Assembly (NCBI GenBank): GCA_902801795.1 | Contig: CADCJQ010000005.1 | Location: 4,414-68,413 of the forward strand | Length of the DNA stretch: 64,000 bases | Origin: an uncultured Erysipelotrichaceae bacterium | Lineage (GTDB): Bacteria; Bacillota_I; Bacilli_A; RF39; UBA660 | Reading direction: 5' to 3' | Shown: piece after piece, positions 38,353 to 47,900 of the stretch | Numbering within the stretch: the first letter of the stretch is position 1 | Layout of the letters: every line of letters starts with the position of its first letter | Translations under genes and position numbers: made by a program | Notes under the pieces: model-generated | Told to the model about the DNA's origin: nothing | What the model saw: the letters and a program-made list of their open reading frames with translations, nothing else | The model's database searches: none

Positions 38353-39084
38353 TTATTTCATATTAAAGTATTTATTTAATACCTTTTTTTCACATTGATA
38401 ATTAATAAAGTGTTCTCTATCACGATAAAAATCTTTAATACTTTTAATGTATTTTATTTTAGAAAATGAATAAGAATATAAAAAACGTTCTAATAACAAC
38501 CTATTATAATAATAATATCTTTTTTGATATACTTCTAATAATTTTATTAATAAAACAATTAACATCATTAACATATTTAAATTATAATGAACAATATGAT
38601 AATAAAATAAAATTATAATCCCTATTATGGAAACAATAACTGTAATATAAATACTTCTTAAATAATTAAAGGAATAATTACATAAAATATTAAATATTTT
38701 TCCACCATCAAGTGGATAAATTGGTAACAAATTAAAAATTAATAAAGTATAGTGTAATACTTCCATATTATTAAAATAATTTTTTAAAATAAAATAACCA
38801 ACTACTTGCATTAAAGGTCCCATAATTAAAATTAAAAATTCTTTTTTTAAAGGAATATTAATTGGTAAATTAAAAGAAGTCACACCTCCATAGGGATAAA
38901 TTGTTATTTTATCTAATTGATAACCTAATAATATCCCGGTTATGGCATGACCACTTTCATGAATTAATAATAAGATAAAATATGGTAAAAAAGGATTAAA
39001 GTTCCCTGTTAAAATAATAATTAATAAAAAGAAAAGAAATAATTTATCAAGATAAATATGTTTCAATATCTTGGTATTCTCCAT
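38353..39084 (-). CDS. spoIVFB: Site-2 (M50) intramembrane metalloprotease, SpoIVFB-like
   Basis: HESGH motif in a TM helix (LLLIHESGHAITG) and LLPIYPLDGG. Position downstream of mreCD matches Bacillus. Confidence 0.7.
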   Translation of the reverse strand: MENTKILKHIYLDKLFLFFLLIIILTGNFNPFLPYFILLLIHESGHAITGILLGYQLDKITIYPYGGVTSFNLPINIPLKKEFLILIMGPLMQVVGYFILKNYFNNMEVLHYTLLIFNLLPIYPLDGGKIFNILCNYSFNYLRSIYITVIVSIIGIIILFYYHIVHYNLNMLMMLIVLLIKLLEVYQKRYYYYNRLLLERFLYSYSFSKIKYIKSIKDFYRDREHFINYQCEKKVLNKYFNMK

Positions 39085-39643
39085 TTCTTAATATTGTTAT
39101 ATATAATGTATCATTATCTACTTCTCCTAAGAATTTCCCCTTATTTACAAAATCATATAATTTTAAATCGGTATTTTTAATATTACCATAAGTAATCGTA
39201 GAATTATCTTCTCCTTCTATAGTTATTACTTTGCCTATATCTTCTTTTTCACCAATAAAGACAATAACACCACTTGTTATTGCAGGAACTAAATAATTAT
39301 TATTAACTTTTAATTTATAACCATCTTGATATACTTCTTTTTCTAAATAATTTATTTTTTCATTAAAAACTGGAACTTCATCTTCTTGCTTTTCTGGTAA
39401 TACTTCACCAAAATATTTATGATATAAGTTTCCTAAAAAAGCGAATGAAATATTTTTATCTAATACTTCTTCATGCATAAAAGTTTTAAATTTTGGACTA
39501 TATTCCATAACAATAAGTGAAATAATCCCTAAAAGAATAGCCATTAATACTTTATTAATAAAACGAATTGCTTTGCCACCTTTTTTATTTTCTTTATTAA
39601 CTCCAAGTTTTTCTAAACATTTATATTTCATTCTTATCACCAT
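39047..39643 (-). CDS. Degenerate M23/LytM-domain membrane protein, SpoIVFA-like
   Basis: N-terminal TM. A LytM-like C-terminus lacks the metal-binding histidines (GKVITIEGEDNSTITYGNI...TLYITILRNGEYQDIETYL). Lies immediately upstream of the spoIVFB-like gene. Confidence 0.55.
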   Translation of the reverse strand: MVIRMKYKCLEKLGVNKENKKGGKAIRFINKVLMAILLGIISLIVMEYSPKFKTFMHEEVLDKNISFAFLGNLYHKYFGEVLPEKQEDEVPVFNEKINYLEKEVYQDGYKLKVNNNYLVPAITSGVIVFIGEKEDIGKVITIEGEDNSTITYGNIKNTDLKLYDFVNKGKFLGEVDNDTLYITILRNGEYQDIETYLS

Positions 39644-40119
39644 TAAATAATATGCTTTATATCTCTTTTTTTGAATAAAAAGTAGTAAAAAAAACTCGAC
39701 ATAATATTTAATAATAAACTATTTTTTATTTTATAAACTAAATCACTAAAAGAAACTACTTGATAATTAGTAAATTTAATTAAAAGAAAAAACATGGTAT
39801 CATAAAGAAGAATATTTATAATAACTAATAAAAGATATAAACCTAAATTATTTTTTATAACTTTCATTATCTTACTATCAACTTTACTTAAAAACAAAAA
39901 AAATAAAGCATGGTAAAGAAATAAATTAGAATATAATAAGTCATAAAGTATTCCCATAAAGAAACAGAAGCGATAATATTCTTTCATATTATTATCTAGA
40001 AGAAATGGTATTAAAGAAATAGTTAACATTGGATAAAACATATTTAATTTGTTAAAAGAACTGGGAAGAAAATATGTTAATAAACCATCAATTATTAAGA
40101 CAATAAAACTAATTATCAT
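39643..40119 (-). CDS. mreD: Rod shape-determining protein MreD
   Basis: Small polytopic membrane protein directly after mreC. I prefer the start at MIISFIV (ATG 40119), which overlaps the mreC stop, to the longer track ORF. Confidence 0.65.
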   Translation of the reverse strand: MIISFIVLIIDGLLTYFLPSSFNKLNMFYPMLTISLIPFLLDNNMKEYYRFCFFMGILYDLLYSNLFLYHALFFLFLSKVDSKIMKVIKNNLGLYLLLVIINILLYDTMFFLLIKFTNYQVVSFSDLVYKIKNSLLLNIMSSFFYYFLFKKRDIKHII

Positions 40120-40861
40120 GTACTTCTTTTCTTTGTAAAACACTAACATAACGTTCTCCTTCGATTTTAGATGATGGATGAACACGTACAATAGTTGTTA
40201 CATCATCATCTCCTATTATCATATCAAATACTTCTCCTATTAAAATTCCTTTGGGATAGATTCCCCCCATTCCTGTTGTTTCTACTCTCATTTTTTCATA
40301 TATATCTATCTTCTCATTAATAATTATTTTTAATAAATCTAATTTTTCATCATAACCATTTATTATTCCATAAACATCTTTATCTTTATTTTTAATAACC
40401 ACACTTATTTTATTTGTTACATCATTAGTTGTAATTAATTTAATATCTGAAGTAAATGCTCTAACATTAGTAGTTCTACCAATTAATCCATTACTATCAA
40501 TAACTGCCATATCTTCTTTTAAACCATTCTTTTTTCCTTTATCAATAGTTATTGTATTAAACCAATATTCTCTATTTCTTGATATTATTGTGGCATTAAC
40601 ATAATTAAATTCTGTTAAGACGTTTTCAATATTATTTAATTCTTTCAACTCATTGATTTCATTTTGTAAATTAGTAATAATACTATCATGAAAAGTATTA
40701 GAGATAACTAATTCTTTATTATCTGTTAAGGCATGCACGGGATATAAAATAATATCTTTAAATAAATAATATGGATATAGTATGTTAATATTAAAAGTAA
40801 TTGATAAATAAGTAATAACATAGATTATAACAATAAGTATAATTGTCCGAAGTTTAATCAT
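40109..40861 (-). CDS. mreC: Rod shape-determining protein MreC
   Basis: N-terminal TM, a coiled coil (LQNEINELKELNNIEN), then beta domains with VIDSNGLIGRT and ETTGMGGIYPKGILIGEV. Confidence 0.85.
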   Translation of the reverse strand: MIKLRTIILIVIIYVITYLSITFNINILYPYYLFKDIILYPVHALTDNKELVISNTFHDSIITNLQNEINELKELNNIENVLTEFNYVNATIISRNREYWFNTITIDKGKKNGLKEDMAVIDSNGLIGRTTNVRAFTSDIKLITTNDVTNKISVVIKNKDKDVYGIINGYDEKLDLLKIIINEKIDIYEKMRVETTGMGGIYPKGILIGEVFDMIIGDDDVTTIVRVHPSSKIEGERYVSVLQRKEVHDN

Positions 40862-41544
40862 ATAAATAAATCCCTTTGATTATCGTAATAACTATAATAA
40901 CTATCATCACCTATTATTATATGATCAGTTATATTGATACCTTGTATTTTCCCTATTTTTATTAAGGAATTGGTTAAATAATCATCTTCTATACTAGGTC
41001 TTATATCACCACTGGGATGATTATGCATACAAATAATTTTGGATGCGGAAGTTAAATAAGCTTCTTTAAAGATTTCTCTTGGATGAACAATACTACGATT
41101 AATAGTTCCCATAAATAATAATTTCCTTTCAATTAATTTATTTTTATTATCTAAATATAAGCAGTAAAAATACTCTTGTTTTTTTCCTTGAAATAAATAT
41201 TTATTGTTTTCATAAATAATATCTGGACTATTATAAGTAATATCTATTTCATTATTTTTTTCTAAAAAAATTCTTTTACCTAATTCAATTGATGCCATTA
41301 TCTCAATAGTTTTAACATCACCTAATCCTTTAATATCACTAAAAGTATTAATAGTAATATTAGATAAATTATTAACACTTTTAATTTTCTTTAAGACTTC
41401 ACAGGCAATTTCTTTAACTGATTTGTCTTTTGTCCCTGTTTTAATTATAATTGCTAGCAATTCTTCATTACTAATATTTTGTATTCCTATTTTTTTAACC
41501 CTTTCTCTTGGTCTTTCTTCAATAGGTAAATCTTTTATTCTCAC
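40858..41544 (-). CDS. radC: RadC-family JAB-domain protein
   Basis: IKDLPIEERPRERV...LSNEELLAIII.TG and the JAMM motif MHNHPSGD. Confidence 0.9.
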   Translation of the reverse strand: MRIKDLPIEERPRERVKKIGIQNISNEELLAIIIKTGTKDKSVKEIACEVLKKIKSVNNLSNITINTFSDIKGLGDVKTIEIMASIELGKRIFLEKNNEIDITYNSPDIIYENNKYLFQGKKQEYFYCLYLDNKNKLIERKLLFMGTINRSIVHPREIFKEAYLTSASKIICMHNHPSGDIRPSIEDDYLTNSLIKIGKIQGINITDHIIIGDDSYYSYYDNQRDLFI

Positions 41545-41563
41545 AACCTCATCCCCTTAACTA

Positions 41564-41929
41564 TTATTTTAAAAGTTTTAATATTTCTTTGTTTTTTTCC
41601 ATTATTATATTATCATCTTCTTCATTAATTATTTCTTTATCAATTTTTTTAATTTTATTCATAATATCACTATTATCGAAGTAATCATTTTTAATATATG
41701 TATAAATACCATTTTCTTCATAAATCTTTTTAAGAAGGTCAGCATTTTCAAGAATTGTTGATGCTCCAACGTATATATAATACTTGTTATCACTTTCTTT
41801 TATAAGATAGTTATCTAACTTTTTAATACTTTCTTCCATTACATCTTTTTTAGTAAAACTTGCGTATTGTAAATAGTAAATGTTTCCATCAGATGTCATT
41901 ACTTTTTCTATTTCATATGTTGAAAACAT
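41564..41929 (-). CDS. SPOR-like domain protein. The ORF is open upstream to 41995 and encodes a TM helix before the first ATG.
   Basis: NIYYLQYASFTKKDVMEESIKKLDNYLIKESDNKYYIYVGAST resembles a SPOR fold pattern. The in-frame upstream codons read I-I-K-K-N-I-G-I-I-V-L-A-I-S-L-C-I-V-F-S-K-A. Confidence 0.55.
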   Translation of the reverse strand: MFSTYEIEKVMTSDGNIYYLQYASFTKKDVMEESIKKLDNYLIKESDNKYYIYVGASTILENADLLKKIYEENGIYTYIKNDYFDNSDIMNKIKKIDKEIINEEDDNIIMEKNKEILKLLK

Positions 41930-42165
41930 GGCTTTTGAAAAGACAATACATAAACTTATTGCTAAAACTATAATGCCAATATTCTTTTTTATAATTCACC
42001 TCCATACACGATTATCTTAACAAAGAAGAAGTAAAAAATTTGTCGAAAAATAGTTTTGGTATAAAAAAACATTATTTTGTTATAATAATAATGTTAAAAA
42101 ACAGAAAAAATTTGAGAAAATACTTGTAATAATTTATCATTTATGATAATATATTCAAGTAACAC

Positions 42166-42206
42166 GGCGAGATAGCTCAGTTGGCTAGAGCGATTGGTTC
42201 ATACCC
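42166..42206 (+). other. 5' half of a split tRNA-Met(CAU) gene (left junction of the integrated element)
   Basis: ggcgagatagctcagttggctagagcgattggttcataccc is tRNA-like through the anticodon loop, then diverges (gttagatcg...). The complementary 3' half is at 49715..49759. Confidence 0.75.
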
Positions 42207-42235
42207 GTTAGATCGTTTTGGCACAATTGATAAAT

Positions 42236-42312
42236 GGCGAGATAGCTCAGTTGGCTAGAGCATGTGGTTCATACCCACAGGGTCGAGGGTTCGAATCCCC
42301 CTCTCGCTACCA
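42236..42312 (+). tRNA. tRNA-Met (anticodon CAU, elongator-like)
   Basis: GGCGAGATAGCTCAGTTGGCTAGAGCATGTGGTTCATACCCACAGGGTCGAGGGTTCGAATCCCCCTCTCGCTACCA. Anticodon stem is TGTGG/CCACA, loop TTCATAC, with an encoded CCA. Confidence 0.88.
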
Positions 42313-42323
42313 TGTGAAATTTT

Positions 42324-42351
42324 AAAGAGTGTCAAAAACGCTCTTTTTTTT
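42324..42351 (+). terminator. Rho-independent terminator after tRNA-Met
   Basis: aaagagtgt, caaaa loop, acgctcttt, followed by a T run. Confidence 0.6.
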
Positions 42352-42354
42352 GAT

Positions 42355-42389
42355 TTGTGCCGAAAAATTGTGCCATAGGTTTTTGTGCC
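42355..42389 (+). repeat. Three direct TTGTGCC repeats between the tRNA and the integrase stop (candidate arm-type recombinase sites)
   Basis: TTGTGCC at 42355, 42368 and 42383. An inverted copy (GGCACAA) lies at 42220..42226. Confidence 0.6.
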
Positions 42390-43445
42390 TTAAATACTTG
42401 TTGATTTTTCATATAATTCATCAAATATTTTGGCACATTTTTTCTTTTCATCATCAAAAGAATGAGTATATATATTTAATGTAATATCTGCATTTGCATG
42501 TCCTAATTGCTCACTTATTGTTTTAGGATCAATTCCATGACTATTTAATATACTTGCACATGTATGCCTTAACTCATGAAAAGTAATTTTAGGTAAATTA
42601 TATTTTTTTAAAAATTTTTGTAATAGTTTATTAGGTGTATCTGGATGCATGTGTTCACCATTAATAGATGTAAATAATCTATCAGTGCCAATCCACTTTT
42701 CACCCATTTCTATAATATAACAGTTTTGCCACTCTCTATAATCATTTAATAATGATAATATATCATCACCTAAATTAACATATCTAACAGAATATTCAGT
42801 TTTCGCTTTTTCTTCATCAACTATTCCATTTACAACTTTTAATGAATTATCTATAAATAGTGTTTTTTTATCATAATCAATATCAGACCAGCGAAGGGCA
42901 CATAGTTCCCCTTTTCTTATTCCCGTATATAATGCAAGAGTTATTATAGTTCTTACTTTAATAGTTTCTTTTTCTAAACAATCTAAAAGAGTTATAACTT
43001 GTTCATTATCATAAAAGTTTCTTTTCTTTCTTGTAAGTTTTGGTCTTGTAGCTTCTTCATTAGGATTATTATCAATAAATCGCCATTTTTTTGCTTGCTT
43101 GAACATTAAAGTTAATAAATTATAATAATGAATCATTGATTTAGGCGATAATCCTGCTTTTTTTCTACTACCATCTCTTAATTTAATATACATTTTATCT
43201 AACATATATGAATCAATATTTCTAAGTTTTATATCGCCTATTAAAGGTATAATTTTACTTATCATATGTTTATATCCTCGTGTTGTTACTTTACTTACAT
43301 TAGGAATACAATAATTCTTCATGAAAACTTCACTATACTCCTTAAAAGTTAAAGTCAAGACTTTTAAATTTTTACATTTATGATAACATTTTATTTTACC
43401 TGATAAAGCATATCTCATATCAGTTCTTGTATGTGTTTTATGCAT
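42390..43445 (-). CDS. int: Tyrosine-type site-specific recombinase (phage integrase family)
   Basis: The C-terminal catalytic region has ...LALYTGIRKGELCALRW..., HELRHTCASIL and LGHANADITLNIYTH (R...HxxR...H...Y). Confidence 0.88.
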   Translation of the reverse strand: MHKTHTRTDMRYALSGKIKCYHKCKNLKVLTLTFKEYSEVFMKNYCIPNVSKVTTRGYKHMISKIIPLIGDIKLRNIDSYMLDKMYIKLRDGSRKKAGLSPKSMIHYYNLLTLMFKQAKKWRFIDNNPNEEATRPKLTRKKRNFYDNEQVITLLDCLEKETIKVRTIITLALYTGIRKGELCALRWSDIDYDKKTLFIDNSLKVVNGIVDEEKAKTEYSVRYVNLGDDILSLLNDYREWQNCYIIEMGEKWIGTDRLFTSINGEHMHPDTPNKLLQKFLKKYNLPKITFHELRHTCASILNSHGIDPKTISEQLGHANADITLNIYTHSFDDEKKKCAKIFDELYEKSTSI

Positions 43446-44387
43446 AACAGAGTTTTATCTAAAATTTTATTACATCTATTCCACAATTCTTCTGATATAA
43501 TAGGAGGACAAGTTTCATTATCTTTATAAACTATCCATTCATCAGGTTTAAATTTTATCCTTTTTTTGAATAATAATCAATTGTAGTTTCTTTATGAACA
43601 CAAAAAAATCCTTTATATTTGGGATTTCGAATAATTCTCCCAATTACATTGCCTGCTAATGCTTTATTAGTTTAACTTTTAATATTATGTTCTTTATATA
43701 AATATTGACCTAATCTAGATGCTCCCATTTCTCCTTTGGAATATTCATTAAATATAAGTCTTATTAATTCTGCTTCTTCAGGAACTATTTCTAGTTTACC
43801 TTTATTTTTTCTACAACCATAAAAATTATTATTTCCTGGTACTATTCCTCTTTCAACACTTCTTTTATAACCAAATCTAATTCTTTCAGATAGTTTTCTA
43901 ATTTCATCTTGTGCAATACTTGACATGATTGTTAAACGAAGTTCTGAATCCGAATCAAAAGTGTTAATATTATCATTTAAGAAAAAATTCCAACACCATA
44001 AGACAATAGTTCTTGAGTATATTGAATACTATCAACAGTATTTTTTGGAAATCTTGATATCTCCTTTGTTAATATTAAATTAAACATTCCTTTTTTTTCA
44101 TCATTAACCATTTTAAGAAAATTATCTCTTTTATTAACACTTGTTCCACTTATTCCCTCATCAACATATCCTGAAACATATATCCAATTTGCTTGCAATT
44201 TAATATAATTTTCAAAATACATTTTTTGATTTTCTAATGAATTTAATTGTTCTTCATGATCAGTCGATACACGAGCATAATATGTAACATGAAGTGGTAA
44301 GTCTATTAATTTTTTACCCTGTGCTAAAATATTCCTAATTGTATACAGATTTAGAACCATAATATCTCCTCTTTTTTTAAACTGCAA
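43446..44387 (-). pseudogene. Large serine recombinase remnant (one frameshift, one nonsense codon, C-terminally truncated)
   Basis: The resolvase domain is YARVSTDHEEQLNSLENQ...DEGISGTS...LILTKEISRF. The frame breaks in a T-run near 43975. It continues LTIMSSIAQDEIRKLSERIRFG... to a TAA at 43672, then NKALAGNVIGRIIRNPKYKGFF...LWNRCNKIL, ending at the integrase start. Confidence 0.7.
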
Positions 44388-44910
44388 TTTTAATTATCAT
44401 CTTTGTCATATCTTCCTTTATATTTAATTTGTCTCTTAATTTAACAATATCTTCATGTAACTTTTTTAATATATTATTACATTGACAAAAATCTATTAAA
44501 CCTTTTTTATAAAGCTCATTAATAATTTCCTTTTCGATTTTTTTTTGCAATATTTGTGGAATGATTGTTTTTCAATTTTTTCCTCCTCATTTAAACATAT
44601 TAAAAAAAATGAAAAAAAAGAAGTCATATTTTGAATTCTAAAAGGATATTTAAAAAACTCCATATAAAATGAATATATAAATAATTTATTATAATATTAC
44701 CATCATTTATTGCAAAAAGACAAGTTGTGTTAACTTGTCCTCTTTACTTTTTAATCATATTCTCATCTATCATTCTTAAAGCCAATGCTTCCTTTATAGC
44801 ATCTTCTGGTTCTATACCACCACCAGCACTACTTAACAAGAAAATAAACATTATTACAATTATAAGGTAATATAGCTACTATCCTTTTTTATTTTTTTAC
44901 TAATTATAAT

Positions 44911-47900
44911 TTAATTTGTCTTAAGTGTTAAAAAGCCTTGCTGTCCTAACTTATCAATAACTGCATAGTCTTTATCAATATAACTTGTGCCTACTTGTGC
45001 AGAATTTGCTATATCAACATATTTAGTTCCATTTCCACCTACAAGTGAAGTATTATTGTAAAACATTGCGCCAGACGTTACTGAATTAGATGGATTCCAA
45101 ACATTAGACACATAAATTGTTGTTAATTTAGGGCAATCATAAAACATAGTTCCTAAATATGAAACATTATTTATATTAAATGAACTTAAATCTAATGTTG
45201 TTAAATTTGTGCAGCTATTAAACATATCAGACATATCGTTTATATTTGATGTATTCCATGTATCTAAACCAATAACGTTTTTTAATGATGAACCGCTACC
45301 AAAAAGTCCACTAATATTTGTTGTTAAACTTAAATCCCAGCCTGTAACATCAACTGTTTCTATAGTACCAGCTGCCCACTGGCGATATAGCCAATTAGTA
45401 AATTGACTAGGAAGTTTCCAATATCTACATATTAATGTCTTTAAAGAAGAAGTTCCACTAAAAAGTCCTCCAACCGAGCTATAATTTATATTACGCAAAT
45501 CCCAGTTATTTAATTCAATACTAACTAAATTACTACAATTTTGAAATAAGCTAGATATATTACTTATTTGACTAAAATTAGGATTATTTAAATAAATATG
45601 TTCTACGCTAGTAAGATTATAAAATGGACTTTTATTTCCATTGGAATAAAAAACAGTCTTTCCAAAATTAAAATTATTCATTATAATTGTTTTTAATTTA
45701 CTGCAATTTTTAAACATATCTGCCATATTCGTAAGAGCTGAACTACCAAATCCAGTTAAATTGATACTTTCTATATTTTTACAACCATAAAACATAGCGC
45801 CCATATTTGTTACACTGTCTGTTTTCAAAAGCGTAAAATCAATATCTAATAGACTTTCACATCCATAAAACATACCCGACATATTTGTTACTTTAGTGGT
45901 AAGAAAACTTGTTATAAAAGAGTTTCCACTAAGATTTTCAAATGTAATAAACCCTGGAATGCTGACTAAACTTTCACATCTCATAAACATATACGACATA
46001 TCTGTTACTTCACCTGAATCAAAATCAAAAAAATCAACTGTTTTTAACAACTCAGAACCTAAAAACATGTTTGACATATTTGTTACATAAAGAGCTCTTG
46101 CATTATTTAAACTAACATATTCTAATTCTCTTAAGCCACACGCATCTCCGGAAAACAGAACACTCATACTTGTTGCTTTTCCAAAATTAAAACCACTCAT
46201 ATTTATGTTTTTTAATTTATTACATTGAGTAAAAATGTAATTTATATTAATAAGGTTGTTACCGCCTAAATTACTTAAGTTCACACTCTCTAATTTTTTA
46301 CAATCTTGAAACATAAATGATATATCAGTAGCACTTTGCATATTTAACCATGATAAATCAATACTACTTATTTCAGATTGATAAAACATCATAGACATAT
46401 TAGTTACATTACTCGTATCCAGTCCTTTTATAGAAGATATATTATGACACTGCCAAAAAGCCATATACATATTTTCAACACTATGCGTATCAGCTTGAGT
46501 AAAATCAATTTCCTCTAATTCATTACATAAAGCGAATATCATTTCAAATGATCTTACACTACCAATATCAGCACCCTTTAAAGAAACTTCCTTTAATGAC
46601 GTTAATTTGTAAAACATACCATAAGCATCAGTTACATTACTAGCCTTAATATTACTAAGATCTATAAATTCTACATTTGCTAATTCATAAAAAATTGGAG
46701 CGCCATTAGTCATAGTACGATCTAGAGCAAATGAAGTAACTACTCCAAAATCAAAGCCACTCATATTTATCTCTTTTAAAGAATTGCAGTGATAAAATAA
46801 TTTACTAACATTTCGTAAAATATCACTACCTAAATTACTTAAATCAATACTTTTAAGTTTTTTGCAGTCAAGAAACATATATGACATAGTAGTTAATCTC
46901 GAAGTATTTACATTATTAAAAATTATATTTTCAGTATTAGAAAAAGTTCCTATTCCACTTTCATTACTAAACAACTGATAAGTTTGAGAACTACCCTCAT
47001 TATTTAAGTATGTGTCGCCATTACTAACAATATGCAAAATATACATTGTTTCATTGTCTACTTTTTCTATATTTTCATTTTGTTGAACGCTTAAAAATTG
47101 AGGAGTTATCTTTTTTGATGGTATTAAACTATTTGTTGTTGATGGTTGAATACTAACTTCTTCAAGCCAAGATAATACTTTACCTTCATTATTATATGTT
47201 AAATCTGCTTTAAAAGTAGCAGCATTATATTCATTTATCATCTCTGATGTTTTCATTCTTTCAAAGACAACCTTTTGTATTTTACCCACTTTATCATTAT
47301 AAATACCGCTAGCCGGATTAAAATTACTCATTGAATTTATTGTTACAACTTCTTCTACCCATATTCCTTCATTAGCTTCTGCTTTAATATTAAATGAAAT
47401 TGGTGATTCTTGCAAATAATTCCATTCTTCGGTTGTAAAAACAGTTCTATCACCTACCCATCTTAATGTATTACTATTTTCAATAGTATCAGTAATAGCA
47501 ATTTTATCTTTATCAATAAATGCTTTAATCGTTAATATGCCTTGTACTTCAGTATTTGCTGGGATATATCCTACTAATAATTGCTCTTCATCAAAGACAT
47601 TGTTATAATCTGTTTCCTTATATATTGCTACGCTACTATTTTCTCTCACATTTTCATCAAAATATGTGTTTGTGCTTGTTCCTAATGTTTTATTATTTAC
47701 ACCTTCTACTGATGTAGAAATTGTTATAGGAATTTTTTTATTGTTTATTGTTGCATTATTAAAATTTTCGACACTAATTACATACTCGATACCATTATTA
47801 TAAGTTGTACTGCCATTTATATTAACTTTTACAACTCCTATATTATTTTCATCAATTAAATTACTATCAATAGAAGAACTATCAATGGGAAAAGCATTTG

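Noticed and set aside
45209-46090. Plus-strand ORFs 45209..45406 and 45896..46090.
   Set aside because: They are antisense to the DUF285/BspA gene and have no independent support.
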